Source of the DNA: Candidatus Dormiibacterota bacterium
GTDB lineage: Bacteria; Chloroflexota; Dormibacteria; Aeolococcales; Aeolococcaceae
Assembly (NCBI GenBank): GCA_963709585.1
Contig: CAVPXI010000006.1
Coordinates: forward strand, 64,001-128,000
Direction: 5' to 3'
DNA length: 64,000 nucleotides
Positions 25,776 to 37,140 of this stretch are shown here, piece by piece (the first letter of the stretch is position 1; each line of letters starts with the position of its first letter). A program made the position numbers and the translations under genes. Below the pieces are notes generated by a model. The model saw only the letters and a list, made by a program, of their open reading frames with translations, was not told the DNA's origin and did no database searches.

Positions 25776-26895
25776 TCAGTCGTTGAGGAGATGGCGGGCG
25801 ATGACCACGCGCTGGATCTGGTTCGTCCCCTCGTAGATCTGGCACGCCTTGGCGTCGCGGAAACGCACCGCGGCGGGATGGTCGTCGACGCCCGACTCCG
25901 GGGCGCACATGTCGACCGCCGACTGCGCCACCGCAACACACGTGTCGGTCGAATACAGCTTTGCGATGGCGGCGTCGAGGGTGACGCTCCGGCCGGCATC
26001 CACGAGCGCCGCCGCGTATCGAGTTCAGCTGGCGGGCGGCGACGGTGCGAACCTCCATGTCCGCCAATGCCTCGGCGTCCACCTCCACTCCCGCGTCGCG
26101 GCGGCGGCGCGATGACTCGATGGCGGCATCGAGCGCTCCTTGGGCGATGCCCACGGCCTGCGCCGAGATACCGACCCTGCCGCCGTCCAGTGCCGACATC
26201 GCGACGGTGAACCCGGTTCCCTCATCGCCGAGGCGGTTCGCGGCCGGGACGCGCACGGTGTCGAGCACGAGCTCGGCCGTCCAGGAACCATGCAGTCCCA
26301 TCTTCGCGAGCGGTGTCCCGGCCGTGACCCCGGGCAACGCGGACTCGACCAGAAAGGCGCTGACACCGTGCGTGCCCTCGCCGGTGCGTGCCATGACGAT
26401 GTAGAGATCGGCGTCGCCGGCACCGGTGATGAAGGTCTTGGCTCCGTCGAGAACGTAGGTGTCGCCGTCGCGCACGGCGCGGGTCCGCATCGCGATCGCA
26501 TCGCTCCCCCCGGCGGCCTCGGTCAGTGCGAAGGCCGCGAGCCATTCGCCGGAGGCGAGCCTGCGCAGATACCGCGACTTCTGGTCATGGTTGCCGAAAA
26601 CAAGCAGGGGCTCGGTGCCGACCGACAGATGCACGTCGAGGATCACCGCGCAGCTGGCGTCAGCGCGCGCAACCGCCTCGATGAGCAGGATGAAGTCGGC
26701 GTGGTTCCCACCGGCGCCGCCGAAGGCCTCGGGCGTGAGGATGCCCGCAAGCCCGGCTTCGCCCGCCGCCTCGACGATTCGCTTGGGGGACGGACCGTTC
26801 CCGCGCGCCATCGCCGGCGCGATCGGTGTGATGGCCTCGTTGACAAAGCCGGCGATGCGTGCAGCGAGCCCCGGGTGGTCGATGTCAGTCGACAC
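25776..26895 (-). CDS. Acyl-CoA dehydrogenase (apparent frameshift at ~26023)
   Basis: FALTEAAGGSD and KMGLHGS motifs; the C-terminus RDAKACQIYEGTNQIQR is in another frame, joined by removing one base at GAGTTC 26021-26026. Confidence 0.85.
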
Positions 26896-28060
26896 GGACG
26901 AGGGTGGCCTCTCCCTGCGCGATGCCGCTGCAGATCCCGACGGCTCCATATCCGCCGCCGCGCCGGCGGAGTTCGTAGAGCAGCGTCATGAGAATCCGCG
27001 CGCCACTGGCGCCGATCGGGTGCCCGACCGCGATCGCGCCGCCATTGACGTTGACGCGGTCCGGATCCACCTCGAGCATCCGCGTGCTCGTGATCGCCAC
27101 CGCCGCAAACGCCTCGTTGATCTCCACCACCTCGAGCCTGCCCGTATCGACCGCCCCGCGAGTCTTAGCAAGCGCGGCTTCGACGGCGAGCGCGGGCACC
27201 GTTGCCAGGTACGGGTGCTCCGCGGCCGATTCCCCGTAGGTGAGCCAGGTTCCGAGTGGCGCAAGCCCCTCGGCGCGGGCCCGTTCCGCACTCATGAGCA
27301 GGACGGCGGTGGCGCCGTCATTCATCCCGGGTGCGTTGCCGGCGGTGACGGTGGTGCCGTCGCCGAAAGCGCCTCGGAGCGCGACGAGCTTCTCGATGGT
27401 TGTGTCGGCGCGGGGTTGTTCATCACCTCCGACAGAGGAGCCGTTCACGCTCACCGGGACGATCTCGTCGGCGAACCAGCCTGCCGCGAGCGCCGCCTGG
27501 TAACGCATCTGCGAGCGAAGCGCCCACGCATCCTGCTCCTCACGCGTGACCCCGAGCTCCGACGCGACATCGCTCCCGTGCACGCCCATCAGCACGCCGT
27601 CCACGGGACAGCAGAGTCCGTCGCGCATCATGCTGTCGACGGCGATCCGATCCCCGAAGCGGCTGCCGAAGCGCTGGTCCTCGAGCAGGTACGGAGAGCG
27701 CGACATCGACTCCATACCGCCGGCCACGACCACGTCCGCCTCGCCGGAGCGGATGAGCAGCGCACCGAGGTTCACCGCTTTCAGCGCGCTCGCACAGACC
27801 TTGTTCACGGTGAAGGACGACACGCTCGCCGGAAGCCCGGCGCGCAATCCCGCCTGGCGCGATGGCACCTGTCCCTGTCCGGCGGCGAGCACCATCCCCA
27901 TGATCAGCTGATCCACCGCACTGGGATCGGTGCCTGTCCGCTCGAGGACCTCTCGAATGACCCGCGCGCCGAGGTCGACCGCCGGCACCGATGCGAGCCC
28001 GCCGCCGAGCTTGCCGAAGGGTGTGCGCGCCGCCGCGACGATCACCGCATCAGTCGCCAC
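26885..28060 (-). CDS. Acetyl-CoA C-acyltransferase (thiolase)
   Basis: RTPFGK, NKVCAS, GGMESMS, EINEAFA and GHPIGASGAR motifs. Confidence 0.95.
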   Translation of the reverse strand: MATDAVIVAAARTPFGKLGGGLASVPAVDLGARVIREVLERTGTDPSAVDQLIMGMVLAAGQGQVPSRQAGLRAGLPASVSSFTVNKVCASALKAVNLGALLIRSGEADVVVAGGMESMSRSPYLLEDQRFGSRFGDRIAVDSMMRDGLCCPVDGVLMGVHGSDVASELGVTREEQDAWALRSQMRYQAALAAGWFADEIVPVSVNGSSVGGDEQPRADTTIEKLVALRGAFGDGTTVTAGNAPGMNDGATAVLLMSAERARAEGLAPLGTWLTYGESAAEHPYLATVPALAVEAALAKTRGAVDTGRLEVVEINEAFAAVAITSTRMLEVDPDRVNVNGGAIAVGHPIGASGARILMTLLYELRRRGGGYGAVGICSGIAQGEATLVRVD

Positions 28061-29228
28061 GATCGCCCTCCAGAACCTCGAACGGGCGGAGCAGGTGCCG
28101 CGCGATCAGGATGCGCTGCACCTCGCTGGTTCCCTCGCCGATCTCGTTGATCTTGACGTCGCGATAGAGGCGGGCAACCGGTGACTCCTCCATGAAGCCC
28201 ATGCCTCCGTGGATCTGGACTGCCTGGTTGGCGCACGCAGTGGCGACTTCGGATGCGTGCAGCTTCGCCATCGATGCATACGGCACGGGGCTGCGACCCG
28301 CATCGATCGCTGCGGCCGCGCGCCAGGTCATGATCCGAGCCAGTTCGATCTGCGTCCCCATGTCGGCGAGCTTGAACTGGGTCCCCTGGAAGGTCGCAAT
28401 CGGCACGCCGAACTGGCGTCGCGCCGCCGAGTACGCCAGCGAGGCATCAAGGCAGGCCTGGGCGACGCCGACCGACAGCGCCGCGATGGCGACGCGGCCG
28501 CTCTCGAGTATCTGCAGGAATTGAGTCAATCCCTGGCCGGGGGTGCCAACCAGGTTGTCGAGCGGAACCCGGCAATCCTCGAAGATCAACTCTCGCGTAT
28601 CGGACGCGTGCCATCCGAGCTTGCGGTACTTGGGAGCCTGCGAGTACCCGACGGTCCCCCGCTCGACAGCGACGGTGCTGATCTGCTTGTGGCCGTTATG
28701 GGAGCCTGTGACGGCGGTGATGGTCACCCCCGCGCTGATGTCGGTCCCCGCGTTGGTGATGAACGCCTTGCGGCCGTTGATGACCCATTGATCGCCGTCG
28801 CGGACTGCGCGCGTCTGTGTGGCGGCGGCGTCCGAACCGGCGTCGGGCTCGGTGAGCCCGAACGCCCACAGCCGCTCTCCGGCCATGAGCGGCGCGAGCC
28901 AGCGCTGCTGCTGTTCTCGGGAGCCGAACTGGACGATCGGCGAGATCCCCAGCGAGACCGCCGCCTCGAGCGTGATCGCGCAACTCGCGTCGGCTCGAGC
29001 GATCTCCTCCATGGCGAGGCAATACGAGATGAAATCGCCTCCGGCTCCGCCGATGTCCTCGGGAAACGGGAGCGCGAACAGGCCGAGCCTGGCCATCCCG
29101 GCGACGAGGTCGTAGGGAAACTCCCCTGTCTCGTCGTAATGGGCAGCCGCCGGCGCGATCTCCGCCTGGGCGAAGTCGCGAACCACGTCGCGAATGTGAC
29201 GTTGCTCGTCAGTGAGATCGAAGTTCAC
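28050..29228 (-). CDS. Acyl-CoA dehydrogenase
   Basis: FGLTEPDAGSD, KLGWHASDT, RRQFG and RDVKINEIGEGT motifs. Confidence 0.95.
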   Translation of the reverse strand: MNFDLTDEQRHIRDVVRDFAQAEIAPAAAHYDETGEFPYDLVAGMARLGLFALPFPEDIGGAGGDFISYCLAMEEIARADASCAITLEAAVSLGISPIVQFGSREQQQRWLAPLMAGERLWAFGLTEPDAGSDAAATQTRAVRDGDQWVINGRKAFITNAGTDISAGVTITAVTGSHNGHKQISTVAVERGTVGYSQAPKYRKLGWHASDTRELIFEDCRVPLDNLVGTPGQGLTQFLQILESGRVAIAALSVGVAQACLDASLAYSAARRQFGVPIATFQGTQFKLADMGTQIELARIMTWRAAAAIDAGRSPVPYASMAKLHASEVATACANQAVQIHGGMGFMEESPVARLYRDVKINEIGEGTSEVQRILIARHLLRPFEVLEGDRGD

Positions 29229-29284
29229 TCCAACCTAACGGTAGCGCGGCGGGATGGGCTGCAGGCAGGGCGGGGCACGCGCCC

Positions 29285-30169
29285 TCAGCGGGGGTTGGTG
29301 CCCAGCCTCGCCGCAGTCAGGCGCACGACGTCCTCGATGGTGTCGGCAATCTGCGCACCGGCGGCCGTGAGCGCGTCGAGCTTGTTCTGTGCACTGCCGG
29401 TGGTGCCGCTGATGATCGCGCCGGCGTGGCCCATGCGTTTGCCGGGCGGCGCGGTGCGTCCGGAGATGAACGCGATCACCGGCTTGTCGAAACCCGTGTC
29501 GCGAATCCATGCTGCGGCGGTCTCCTCGTCGGAACCACCGATCTCGCCGATGAGCACGACCGCGCGTGTCTCCGGGTCGTCGGCGAAACGCTGGAGGACG
29601 TCCGGAAAGCTGAGGCCCATCACTGGGTCGCCGCCGATGCCGACCGAAGTGGTCTGGCCCATCCCCGCCTCGCCGAGACCCTGGATCACCTCGTAGGTCA
29701 GCGTCCCGCTGCGGCCGACGATCCCCACAGGGCCGGGCGTGTTGATGTGGTTGGGGATGATGCCGACCTTGCACTGATCAGGGGTCACGATTCCGGGGCA
29801 GTTGGCTCCGAGCAATTGGTGGCCGCTGCGAATCACGAAATCGCGCGCGCGGATCATGTCGTGCACCGGGATCAACTCGGTGATGCAGACGGTCAGCTCG
29901 ATCCCCGCCGCCGCCAACTCCATGATCGCGTCCGCCGCGAATGCCGGCGGCACGAAGATTCCCGAGACATCCGCCCCGGTTGCGGCGACAGCATCGGCGA
30001 CCGTGTCGAAGATCGGCACCCCATCCTGGTCGGTACCGCCCTTGCCAGGAGAGACACCCGCGACGATGTTGGTCCCAAAGGCGCGCATCTGTCCCGTGTG
30101 GAAGCTGCCTTCGCGCCCGGTAATGCCCTGGATGAGCACGCGGCTGGATCCGTCGACAAGCACGCTCAC
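29285..30169 (-). CDS. sucD: Succinate--CoA ligase alpha subunit
   Basis: [26 protein letters not shown] and RMGHAGAI motifs. Confidence 0.97.
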   Translation of the reverse strand: MSVLVDGSSRVLIQGITGREGSFHTGQMRAFGTNIVAGVSPGKGGTDQDGVPIFDTVADAVAATGADVSGIFVPPAFAADAIMELAAAGIELTVCITELIPVHDMIRARDFVIRSGHQLLGANCPGIVTPDQCKVGIIPNHINTPGPVGIVGRSGTLTYEVIQGLGEAGMGQTTSVGIGGDPVMGLSFPDVLQRFADDPETRAVVLIGEIGGSDEETAAAWIRDTGFDKPVIAFISGRTAPPGKRMGHAGAIISGTTGSAQNKLDALTAAGAQIADTIEDVVRLTAARLGTNPR

Positions 30170-30240
30170 GACGGGTCCCCGATGGGGAGGTCAGCGGCAC
30201 GAACAGAGGTGGCAGCGCCGCAGCCCACGACGCGCCCCCC

Positions 30241-30366
30241 GGTGGGGAGGGTGTGGGCGGAGGCGGGCCATCTCGCAGCCGGGGCTACCCCCCCCGGCGA
30301 GAGTGAGGGGCGGAACGGCGAAGGCGTTCCGACCCCGTGCCCGCCGTAGCCCACACCCTCCCCGCC
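30241..30366. repeat. Palindromic intergenic element with imperfect 28-bp inverted repeats and nested hairpins
   Basis: GGTGGGGAGGGTGTGGGCGGAGGCGGGC (30241-30268) matches the reverse complement of 30339-30366 at 24/28, with a perfect 15-bp core; inner hairpins GCCGGGG/CCCCGGC and GGGGCGGAACG/CGTTCCGACCCC. Confidence 0.75.
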
Positions 30367-30389
30367 GCGCTCAGCGCCCCCACCGCAGT

Positions 30390-31580
30390 TCATGCGCTCC
30401 CCTCCCGCCGCGTCAGCGCGACGATGGTCTCGGCCGCACCGGTCGCGGTCGTAGCCGGGACGATGCCGGCCGCCTCGAGCAACCGCCGTCCCTCCTCTTC
30501 CATGGTGCCGGTCATGCGCACCACCAGCGGCTTGGTGATGTGCAGCTGGTCCCGCGCGGCTATGATCCCGCGGGCGACCTCGTCGCCACGAGTGATGCCG
30601 CCGAAGATGTTGATGAAGACACCGCGCACCTTCGGGTCGAGGAGCACCATCTCGAGCGCGTTGCGCACCCGCTCGGCGTTGGCGCCGCCGCCGATGTCGA
30701 GGAAGTCGGCGGGCTCGCCCCCGTGTTGTTTGACGAGGTCGAGCGTGTTCATGGTCAGGCCGGCGCCGTTGCCGATGCAGCCGATGTCCCCGTCGAGGTG
30801 CACGTAGGTGAGCCCGCGCTTACGCGCCTCGACCTCGAATGGATCGTCGCCACTGCGACCGTCCTCGCCGGTCTCGTCGCGAGCGAGCTCTTCGGCGATG
30901 TCCTTGTGCCGCGAGTCGGCGTTCTCGTCGATCTCGAGCTTGCCGTCTGCGGCGACGAGCATGCCGTCCGGCGTGAGCACAAGCGGGTTGATCTCGCACG
31001 TCAACGCATCGAGCGACGTCGCGACCTCGTAGAGACGAGTGGTCAGGATCACGAGTGTGCTCACCAGCTTGGGCACCCGGTCGCGAAGCTCGGGCGCGTG
31101 CGCGAGCCCCGCAAACGCCAGCTGGCGGATCTCATACGGGTGCGGCCCGGCGAACGGATCGGGCCACAGCTTGGCGATCCGTTCGGGCGCATCCACGGCG
31201 ACCTGCTCGATCTCCATCCCGCCCGCGGCCGAGAAGATGATCACCAGGCGGCGGCGATCGCGGTCGAGCGTGATCCCGAGGTAGAGCTCGGCGTCGATGG
31301 TGAGCCCGGTCTCGCACCAGACGCTCCGCACCGGGTAGCCGCGAATGTCCATGGCCAGAATCCGCGCGGCTTCGCGCTGCGCCTCCTCGGGGGTATCGAC
31401 GACGGCGATGCCACCCGCCTTGCCTCGTCCGCCGATCGGCACCTGTGCCTTGATTGCGACGCGACCGAGCTCGCGAGCGGCCGCCGCCGCCTCCTCAGGG
31501 GTCCGCGCCAGCCGGCCCGACGGGACCGCGATCCCGGCCGTTGCGAATCGCTGCTTCGCCTGGTACTCCAAGAGCTTCAT
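30390..31580 (-). CDS. sucC: Succinate--CoA ligase beta subunit
   Basis: MKLLEYQAK, KAQV..GGRGKAGG, EINPL, GNGAGL and NIFGGITRGD motifs. Confidence 0.97.
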   Translation of the reverse strand: MKLLEYQAKQRFATAGIAVPSGRLARTPEEAAAAARELGRVAIKAQVPIGGRGKAGGIAVVDTPEEAQREAARILAMDIRGYPVRSVWCETGLTIDAELYLGITLDRDRRRLVIIFSAAGGMEIEQVAVDAPERIAKLWPDPFAGPHPYEIRQLAFAGLAHAPELRDRVPKLVSTLVILTTRLYEVATSLDALTCEINPLVLTPDGMLVAADGKLEIDENADSRHKDIAEELARDETGEDGRSGDDPFEVEARKRGLTYVHLDGDIGCIGNGAGLTMNTLDLVKQHGGEPADFLDIGGGANAERVRNALEMVLLDPKVRGVFINIFGGITRGDEVARGIIAARDQLHITKPLVVRMTGTMEEEGRRLLEAAGIVPATTATGAAETIVALTRREGSA

Positions 31581-31596
31581 CGGCGGGCCTGATGGC

Positions 31597-32547
31597 TCAT
31601 CGACGAGGAGCGACGCGGTCCAGCTCCTCCAGGTCGGCCGCGCTCGGGCGCCACCGTCCGGCGCGAGCGTTGGCGCGCACCTGTTCCGGTGATGTCGCGC
31701 CGGCGATCACCGAGACGACCTGTGGCTGGGCGGCGAGGCCGCCGATGGCGACGTCGAGCAAGGACATATCGCGCTCGCGCGCGAAGTCCTCCAGTGCCTC
31801 GACGATGTCGAAGTTGCTGTCGGTCAGCCATCGCGACGCTCCGGCTCCCGGCGCGGTGGCGAGACGGGTGCCCGGAACCGGCGGCAGGCCGCGGCGATGC
31901 TTCCCGGTGAGCAATCCGTTGGCAAGCGGCGTGTACGGAATCATCCCGACGTCGAAGTGGGCGCATGCGGGGATGACAGCCTCCTCGACGGACCGATCGA
32001 GGAGGCTGTACTCGTTCTGGGCGCTGACGAACCTGGTGAGGCCCCGGCTCCGCGCCACCCAGTCCGCATCCGCGATCTGCCAGCTCAGCAGGTTCGACGA
32101 CCCCGCGCAACGGATCTTGCCCTCGCTGACCAGCTCGGTCAGAGTCTCGAGCGTCTCCTCGATCGGTGTCCCCGGATCCGGGGTGTGGAGCTGGTAGAGA
32201 TCGATCCACTCGGTGTCGAGGCGTCGCAGGCTTGCCTCGACCGCGATCCGGATCCAGCGGCGCGACCCGCCGCTGCGCCCCTCACCACCCGACGAGTGCC
32301 CGAACTTGGAAGCGATCACCGCCTCCTCGCGACGGCCCTTCAGCGCTGCGCCGAGCATCTCCTCGCTCTGTCCGCCGCCGTAGATGTCGGCGGTGTCGAA
32401 GAAGGTGATTCCCTCCTCGAGCGCCGCGTGCACCACGCGGGTCGCACCCTCCGCGTCGATCCTGCGGCCGAAATTGTTGCAACCGAGTCCCACCACCGTC
32501 GCCTGCAGAACGCCTCCACCGACGGGACGAGTCTCGAGGTCGCTCAC
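31597..32547 (-). CDS. Aldo/keto reductase
   Basis: GLGCNNFG, FFDTADIYG, SLRRLDTEWIDLYQLH and PYTPLANGLLTGK motifs. Confidence 0.93.
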   Translation of the reverse strand: MSDLETRPVGGGVLQATVVGLGCNNFGRRIDAEGATRVVHAALEEGITFFDTADIYGGGQSEEMLGAALKGRREEAVIASKFGHSSGGEGRSGGSRRWIRIAVEASLRRLDTEWIDLYQLHTPDPGTPIEETLETLTELVSEGKIRCAGSSNLLSWQIADADWVARSRGLTRFVSAQNEYSLLDRSVEEAVIPACAHFDVGMIPYTPLANGLLTGKHRRGLPPVPGTRLATAPGAGASRWLTDSNFDIVEALEDFARERDMSLLDVAIGGLAAQPQVVSVIAGATSPEQVRANARAGRWRPSAADLEELDRVAPRR

Positions 32548-32748
32548 GCCGACAGGGTACGCAAAGCTCGTGTCTCCACAGCCGCTGGAGGCTGGTAGGC
32601 TGACCCGGTTGGCAAGACGCGTCGTCGGGATCCCACCAGACCAAGGTCCGGCGCCGGAGCCGCCGAACCTCGCATCGGGGCGGTTTCCGACCGCGTCGCC
32701 ATCGATTCGCAGAAGACCTCGCGTCGCGACGGCGGCAACGTCGTTTCG

Positions 32749-33846
32749 GTGCGCACGCTGGTGACCGCGGCACTGATCGTGCTCGGGATCGTGGCGCTGG
32801 TGGCGTTCCTCGCCAGCATCATCGGCATCGTCCTGGTCGTGCTCGTGGCCATCGTCTTCGCGGAGGGCATACGGCCGCTCGTGGCGGACCTGCAACGCCG
32901 GCGAATCCCACGGCCGCTCGGCATCCTGGCGGTGTACGTCGCGGTCCTCGCCTTTATTGCGGTCATGGTGCTGCTGCTCGTGCAGCCGATCGTCAGCGAG
33001 GCGTCGTCGCTCGCCACCAACTTTCCAACCTATCAAAAGGATTTCCTCAACTGGTTCACCGGGGTCGAACGGCAGTTCCACTTCAACGTGAACATCGCCC
33101 AGCAGGTGGGCTCGGTCATCAACTCCACGCGAAACATCCTGTTCGCGATCGGCAGCACGATCTTCAGCATCATCGTCGACTTCGTGCTCGTGCTCGTGGT
33201 CGGCTTTCTCTGGCTGGTGAGCAGCGACCGTCTCAAGGCATTCACCGTCGACCTGTTTCCCGAAGCCCACCACGACCTGGTCGTCGACATCTTTCGCGAG
33301 ATGGGATTCCGCATGGGCGGGTTTCTCCGGGCGGTGGCGATCAACAGCCTCGCGCTCGGGCTGGTGGTCGGAGTCGTCTGCTGGCTGCTACGCCTCCCGG
33401 ACCCGGTCATCCTCGGCATCTTTGCCGGTCTCACCGCGGCCATTCCGATGGTCGGCGGAATCATCGGCGTTGTGCCCGCCGTACTGCTCGGCTTCACCAT
33501 CAGCCCCGAATATCCGATCCTGGTGCTCGCCGTCCTCCTGGTGATCCAATTCGTCGACGCCAACACCGTGGTGCCCATGGTCATGAACCGCGTGGTCTCG
33601 CTGCCGGCGCTGGGGGTTGTGCTCGCGCTCCTCGTGGGCGGCGCCATCGAGGGCTTGATCGGCGCGATCCTCGCCGTCCCCGTGGCGGCGGCACTTCAGG
33701 TCCTCCTGGTGCGAGCGGCCGTCCCGGCGATCCACCATGCGCAGGGCCGCACCGACCAGGCGTACGCGAAGGCGTACGTCCCGCTGTCCGCCGGCCTCAA
33801 GGACTCGGCGCCGCGTACCGGCGGGCGGCGCGTCAATCCACGCTGA
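32749..33846 (+). CDS. AI-2E family transporter
   Basis: Multi-TM protein; IPMVG, Q..DAN.VVP.V and G.IGAILAVP motifs. Confidence 0.88.
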   Translation: MRTLVTAALIVLGIVALVAFLASIIGIVLVVLVAIVFAEGIRPLVADLQRRRIPRPLGILAVYVAVLAFIAVMVLLLVQPIVSEASSLATNFPTYQKDFLNWFTGVERQFHFNVNIAQQVGSVINSTRNILFAIGSTIFSIIVDFVLVLVVGFLWLVSSDRLKAFTVDLFPEAHHDLVVDIFREMGFRMGGFLRAVAINSLALGLVVGVVCWLLRLPDPVILGIFAGLTAAIPMVGGIIGVVPAVLLGFTISPEYPILVLAVLLVIQFVDANTVVPMVMNRVVSLPALGVVLALLVGGAIEGLIGAILAVPVAAALQVLLVRAAVPAIHHAQGRTDQAYAKAYVPLSAGLKDSAPRTGGRRVNPR

Positions 33847-33850
33847 CCGT

Positions 33851-35512
33851 TTAGAGCGGGATGTTGCCGTGCTTTCGCTGTGGGGTCCGAACCTGCTTGT
33901 CTCGCGCCATGCGCAGCGCGGCGATGAGCGCGCCACGCGTCTGTCGAGGCTCGATCACGTCGTCGATGTAGCCCCGTTCGGCAGCGTAGTACGGGTTGGC
34001 AAACTGCTCCCGGTATTCCTCGATCAGCTGTTCTGAGCGCTGTTTCGGGTCGGCTGCCTGGGATATCTCGCGCTTGAAGATGACGCTGACCGCGCCCTGC
34101 GGGCCCATGACGGCAATCTCCGCGGTGGGCCACGCCACGTTGTAGTCGGCGCGGATATGTTTGGAGCACATCACGTCGTACGCACCGCCGTATGCCTTGC
34201 GGGTGATCACCGTCAGCTTGGGAACCGTCGCCTCGCAGTAGGCGTAGAGGAGCTTGGCGCCGTGGCGGATGATGCCGCCGTATTCCTGGTCGGTGCCGGG
34301 GAGGAAGCCGGGCACGTCGACGAAGGTCACCAGCGGGACGTTGAACGAGTCGCACAAGCGCACGAAGCGGGCCGCCTTGATGGACGCGTTGATGTCGAGC
34401 GCGCCCGCGAGCACTCGCGGTTGGTTGCCGACCACGCCGACCGGGTGGCCGTCGAGCCTGGCGAAGCCGCAGATGATGTTCTCGGCGTGGTACTGCATCA
34501 CCTCGAGAAACCGGCCGTCGTCGACGATGCGCGTGACCAGGCTGCGCATGTCGTAGGGCTGATTCGGGTTGTCGGGGATGATGGTCTGCAGCTCGCGATC
34601 CTCGCGGTGCGGGTCGTCGAGGGTCGGCTGGTAGGGCGGCTGCTCGCGGTTGTTGGGTGGCAGATACGCGAGCAGCTCGCGCATCTGACCGAAGGCCTCG
34701 TCCTCGGTGTCGGCGATGAAATGCGCGACGCCACTTCGCTGGTTGTGCACGTCCGAGCCGCCGAGCTCCTCGAAGGTCACCTCCTCGCCGGTGGTGACCT
34801 TGATGACGTCCGGGCCGGTGATGAACATGTACCCCACCTTGCGCACCATGAAGATGAAGTCGGTCATCGCCGGCGAGTACACCGCGCCGCCGGTGCACGG
34901 TCCGACGATCAACGAGAGCTGCGGGACCACACCGCTTGCCTCGACGTTGCGATAGAAGATCTCGGCATAACCCGCCAGCGAGACCACGCCCTCCTGGATG
35001 CGCGCTCCGCCGGAGTCGTTGATACCGACGCATGGGCACCCGGTGCGGAGCGCGAGATCCATGATCTTGGTGACCTTTTCCGCGAACACCTCGCCGAGCG
35101 AACCACCGAAGACCGACGCGTCGTGACTGAAGACGAAGACCTGCCGGCCTCCGATCGACCCCCAGCCGGTGATCACCCCGTCGCCGCGGATCCTCCGCTC
35201 GTCCATGTCGAAGTTGGTGGTGCGGTGGAGGGCGAACATGTCGAGCTCGGTGAAGGATCCCGCGTCGAGCAGGCGGTCGATGCGCTCGCGCGCGGTGAGC
35301 TTGCCCTTCGCGTGCTGGGATCGCTCCGCGGCGCCGCCACGGTGGACCGCGTCGTAGCGGCGTTTGCGGAGCATGTTGATCTTCTTGCCGGTGCCGCCCG
35401 TCGACCCGCTCGTCGAGGCTGCTCCGGCGTCGATCGGTCCAGAGTTGGCGGCCGGAGCGACGGCATCGCTCGCACCGACGGGGGGAACGCCCTTGGGCGC
35501 CTGCCTGCTCAC
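33851..35512 (-). CDS. pccB: Acyl-CoA (propionyl-CoA) carboxylase beta subunit
   Basis: [44 protein letters not shown] and KHGNIPL motifs. Confidence 0.93.
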   Translation of the reverse strand: MSRQAPKGVPPVGASDAVAPAANSGPIDAGAASTSGSTGGTGKKINMLRKRRYDAVHRGGAAERSQHAKGKLTARERIDRLLDAGSFTELDMFALHRTTNFDMDERRIRGDGVITGWGSIGGRQVFVFSHDASVFGGSLGEVFAEKVTKIMDLALRTGCPCVGINDSGGARIQEGVVSLAGYAEIFYRNVEASGVVPQLSLIVGPCTGGAVYSPAMTDFIFMVRKVGYMFITGPDVIKVTTGEEVTFEELGGSDVHNQRSGVAHFIADTEDEAFGQMRELLAYLPPNNREQPPYQPTLDDPHREDRELQTIIPDNPNQPYDMRSLVTRIVDDGRFLEVMQYHAENIICGFARLDGHPVGVVGNQPRVLAGALDINASIKAARFVRLCDSFNVPLVTFVDVPGFLPGTDQEYGGIIRHGAKLLYAYCEATVPKLTVITRKAYGGAYDVMCSKHIRADYNVAWPTAEIAVMGPQGAVSVIFKREISQAADPKQRSEQLIEEYREQFANPYYAAERGYIDDVIEPRQTRGALIAALRMARDKQVRTPQRKHGNIPL

Positions 35513-35549
35513 GCCGTCAGGCTACCAGGGGACCGCATCGCCGCTCGCT

Positions 35550-37140
35550 TCACACCGTGACCGGCGGACGGTAGACCCCGAAGATCTCGCGAAGCACGCC
35601 GCACACTTCACCGACCGTGGCCTGAGCCGCAAGCGCGCTGCGCATGAGCGGCAGCAAGTTGTCAGTGCCCTGCGCACCCGCGCGCACGGCGGCGAGCGCA
35701 CGGTTCACCTCGGACGCGGAACGGGCCGCGCGCATCTTCTCGAGGCGCTCGATCTGCGCCGCTTCAAGTGTCGCGTCGATGCGCAGGATCGGCACGGTGG
35801 GTTGCGACGTCTCGGTGAACCGGTTGACGCCGACGATGACCCGTTCGCCTGCTTCAACAAGGCGCTGGTGGCGATACGCCAACTCCTGGATCTGCTGCTG
35901 GTAGAAACCGGCCTCGATCGCCGCGACGGCACCGCCCTGGTCGTCGACGCGGCTCATGAGCGCCCGCGATTCGTCCATGAGGTCGTGGGTCAGCGCTTCG
36001 ACGAGGTGTGCCCCGCCCAGCGGATCGGTGACGCTGGCGGCGCCGGTCTCGTGCCCGATCACCTGCTGGGTGCGCAGGGCGATCTCCGCCGCCTGCTCTG
36101 ACGGCAGGGCGAGCGCTTCGTCGTAGCTGTTGGTGTGCAACGACTGCGCCCCACCGCACACCGCCGCCAGCGCCTGCAGCGAGACCCGCACCACGTTGTT
36201 GAGCGGCTGTTGCGCCGTGAGCGTCGCGCCGCTTGTCTGCGCGTGGAATCGCAGCTGCAGGCTGCGTGCTTCGGTCGCGCCGAAGCGGTCGCGCATCACC
36301 TCCGCCCAGAGCGCGCGGGCGGCGCGGAACTTGGCGACCTCTTCGAAGAAGTCGTTGCTGACATTGAAGAAGAAGCTCAGCCGGGGGGCGAAGTCCTCGA
36401 CCTCAAGGCCCGCGTCGATGGCCGCCTGCACGTAGGCGATGCCGTTGCTGAGCGTGAAGGCGATCTCCTGCGGTGCGGTCGCGCCCGCCTCGCGGATGTG
36501 GTAGCCGCTGATGCTGATCGTGTTCCAGCGCGGAAGACGCTGCGCGCAGTACGCGAACGTGTCGGTGACCAGCCGCATCGAAGGTCGCGGGGGAAAGATG
36601 TACGTCCCTCGCGCGGCGTATTCCTTGAGGATGTCGTTCTGGATCGTCCCCCCGAGCGTCGTGGCGGCGATCCCCTTGCGCTCGGCCGCCAGCTCGTAGA
36701 GCAGCAGGAGCGCCGCGGCCGGCGCGTTGATGGTCATCGACGTGGTGACGCGGTCCTGCGGGATGCCGCGCATGAGCAGCTCCATGTCCTCGAGCGAGTC
36801 GATCGCGACACCGACCTTGCCGACCTCACCGTGCGCCACGGGATCGTCGCTGTCGTAACCCATCTGGGTGGGCAGGTCGAACGCCACCGACAGCCCGCTC
36901 TGTCCGGCGCGCAGCAGGTAGTGGAACCGCTGGTTGGTCTGCTCGGCGCTTCCGAAACCCGCGTACTGGCGCATCGTCCAGAGCCGCGACCGGTACCCGT
37001 CCGCGCGGATGCCCCTGGTGTACGGGTAGTCACCGGGAGGTGGCGAGCCGTCCGGCTGGTCCACGTAGAACGGTTCGAGCGGGATGCCCGAACTCGGTCT
37101 CGGCGCGGATGCCGGGCTCTGCGCCGGGGTCCTCGCTCAT
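35550..37140 (-). CDS. Methylmalonyl-CoA mutase large subunit (no B12 domain; apparent frameshift at ~37092)
   Basis: [10 protein letters not shown] (Tyr) and KEYAARGTY (Arg). ATG 37140 overlaps the mce stop; removing one base at GAACTC 37090-37095 restores [11 protein letters not shown]. Confidence 0.9.
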
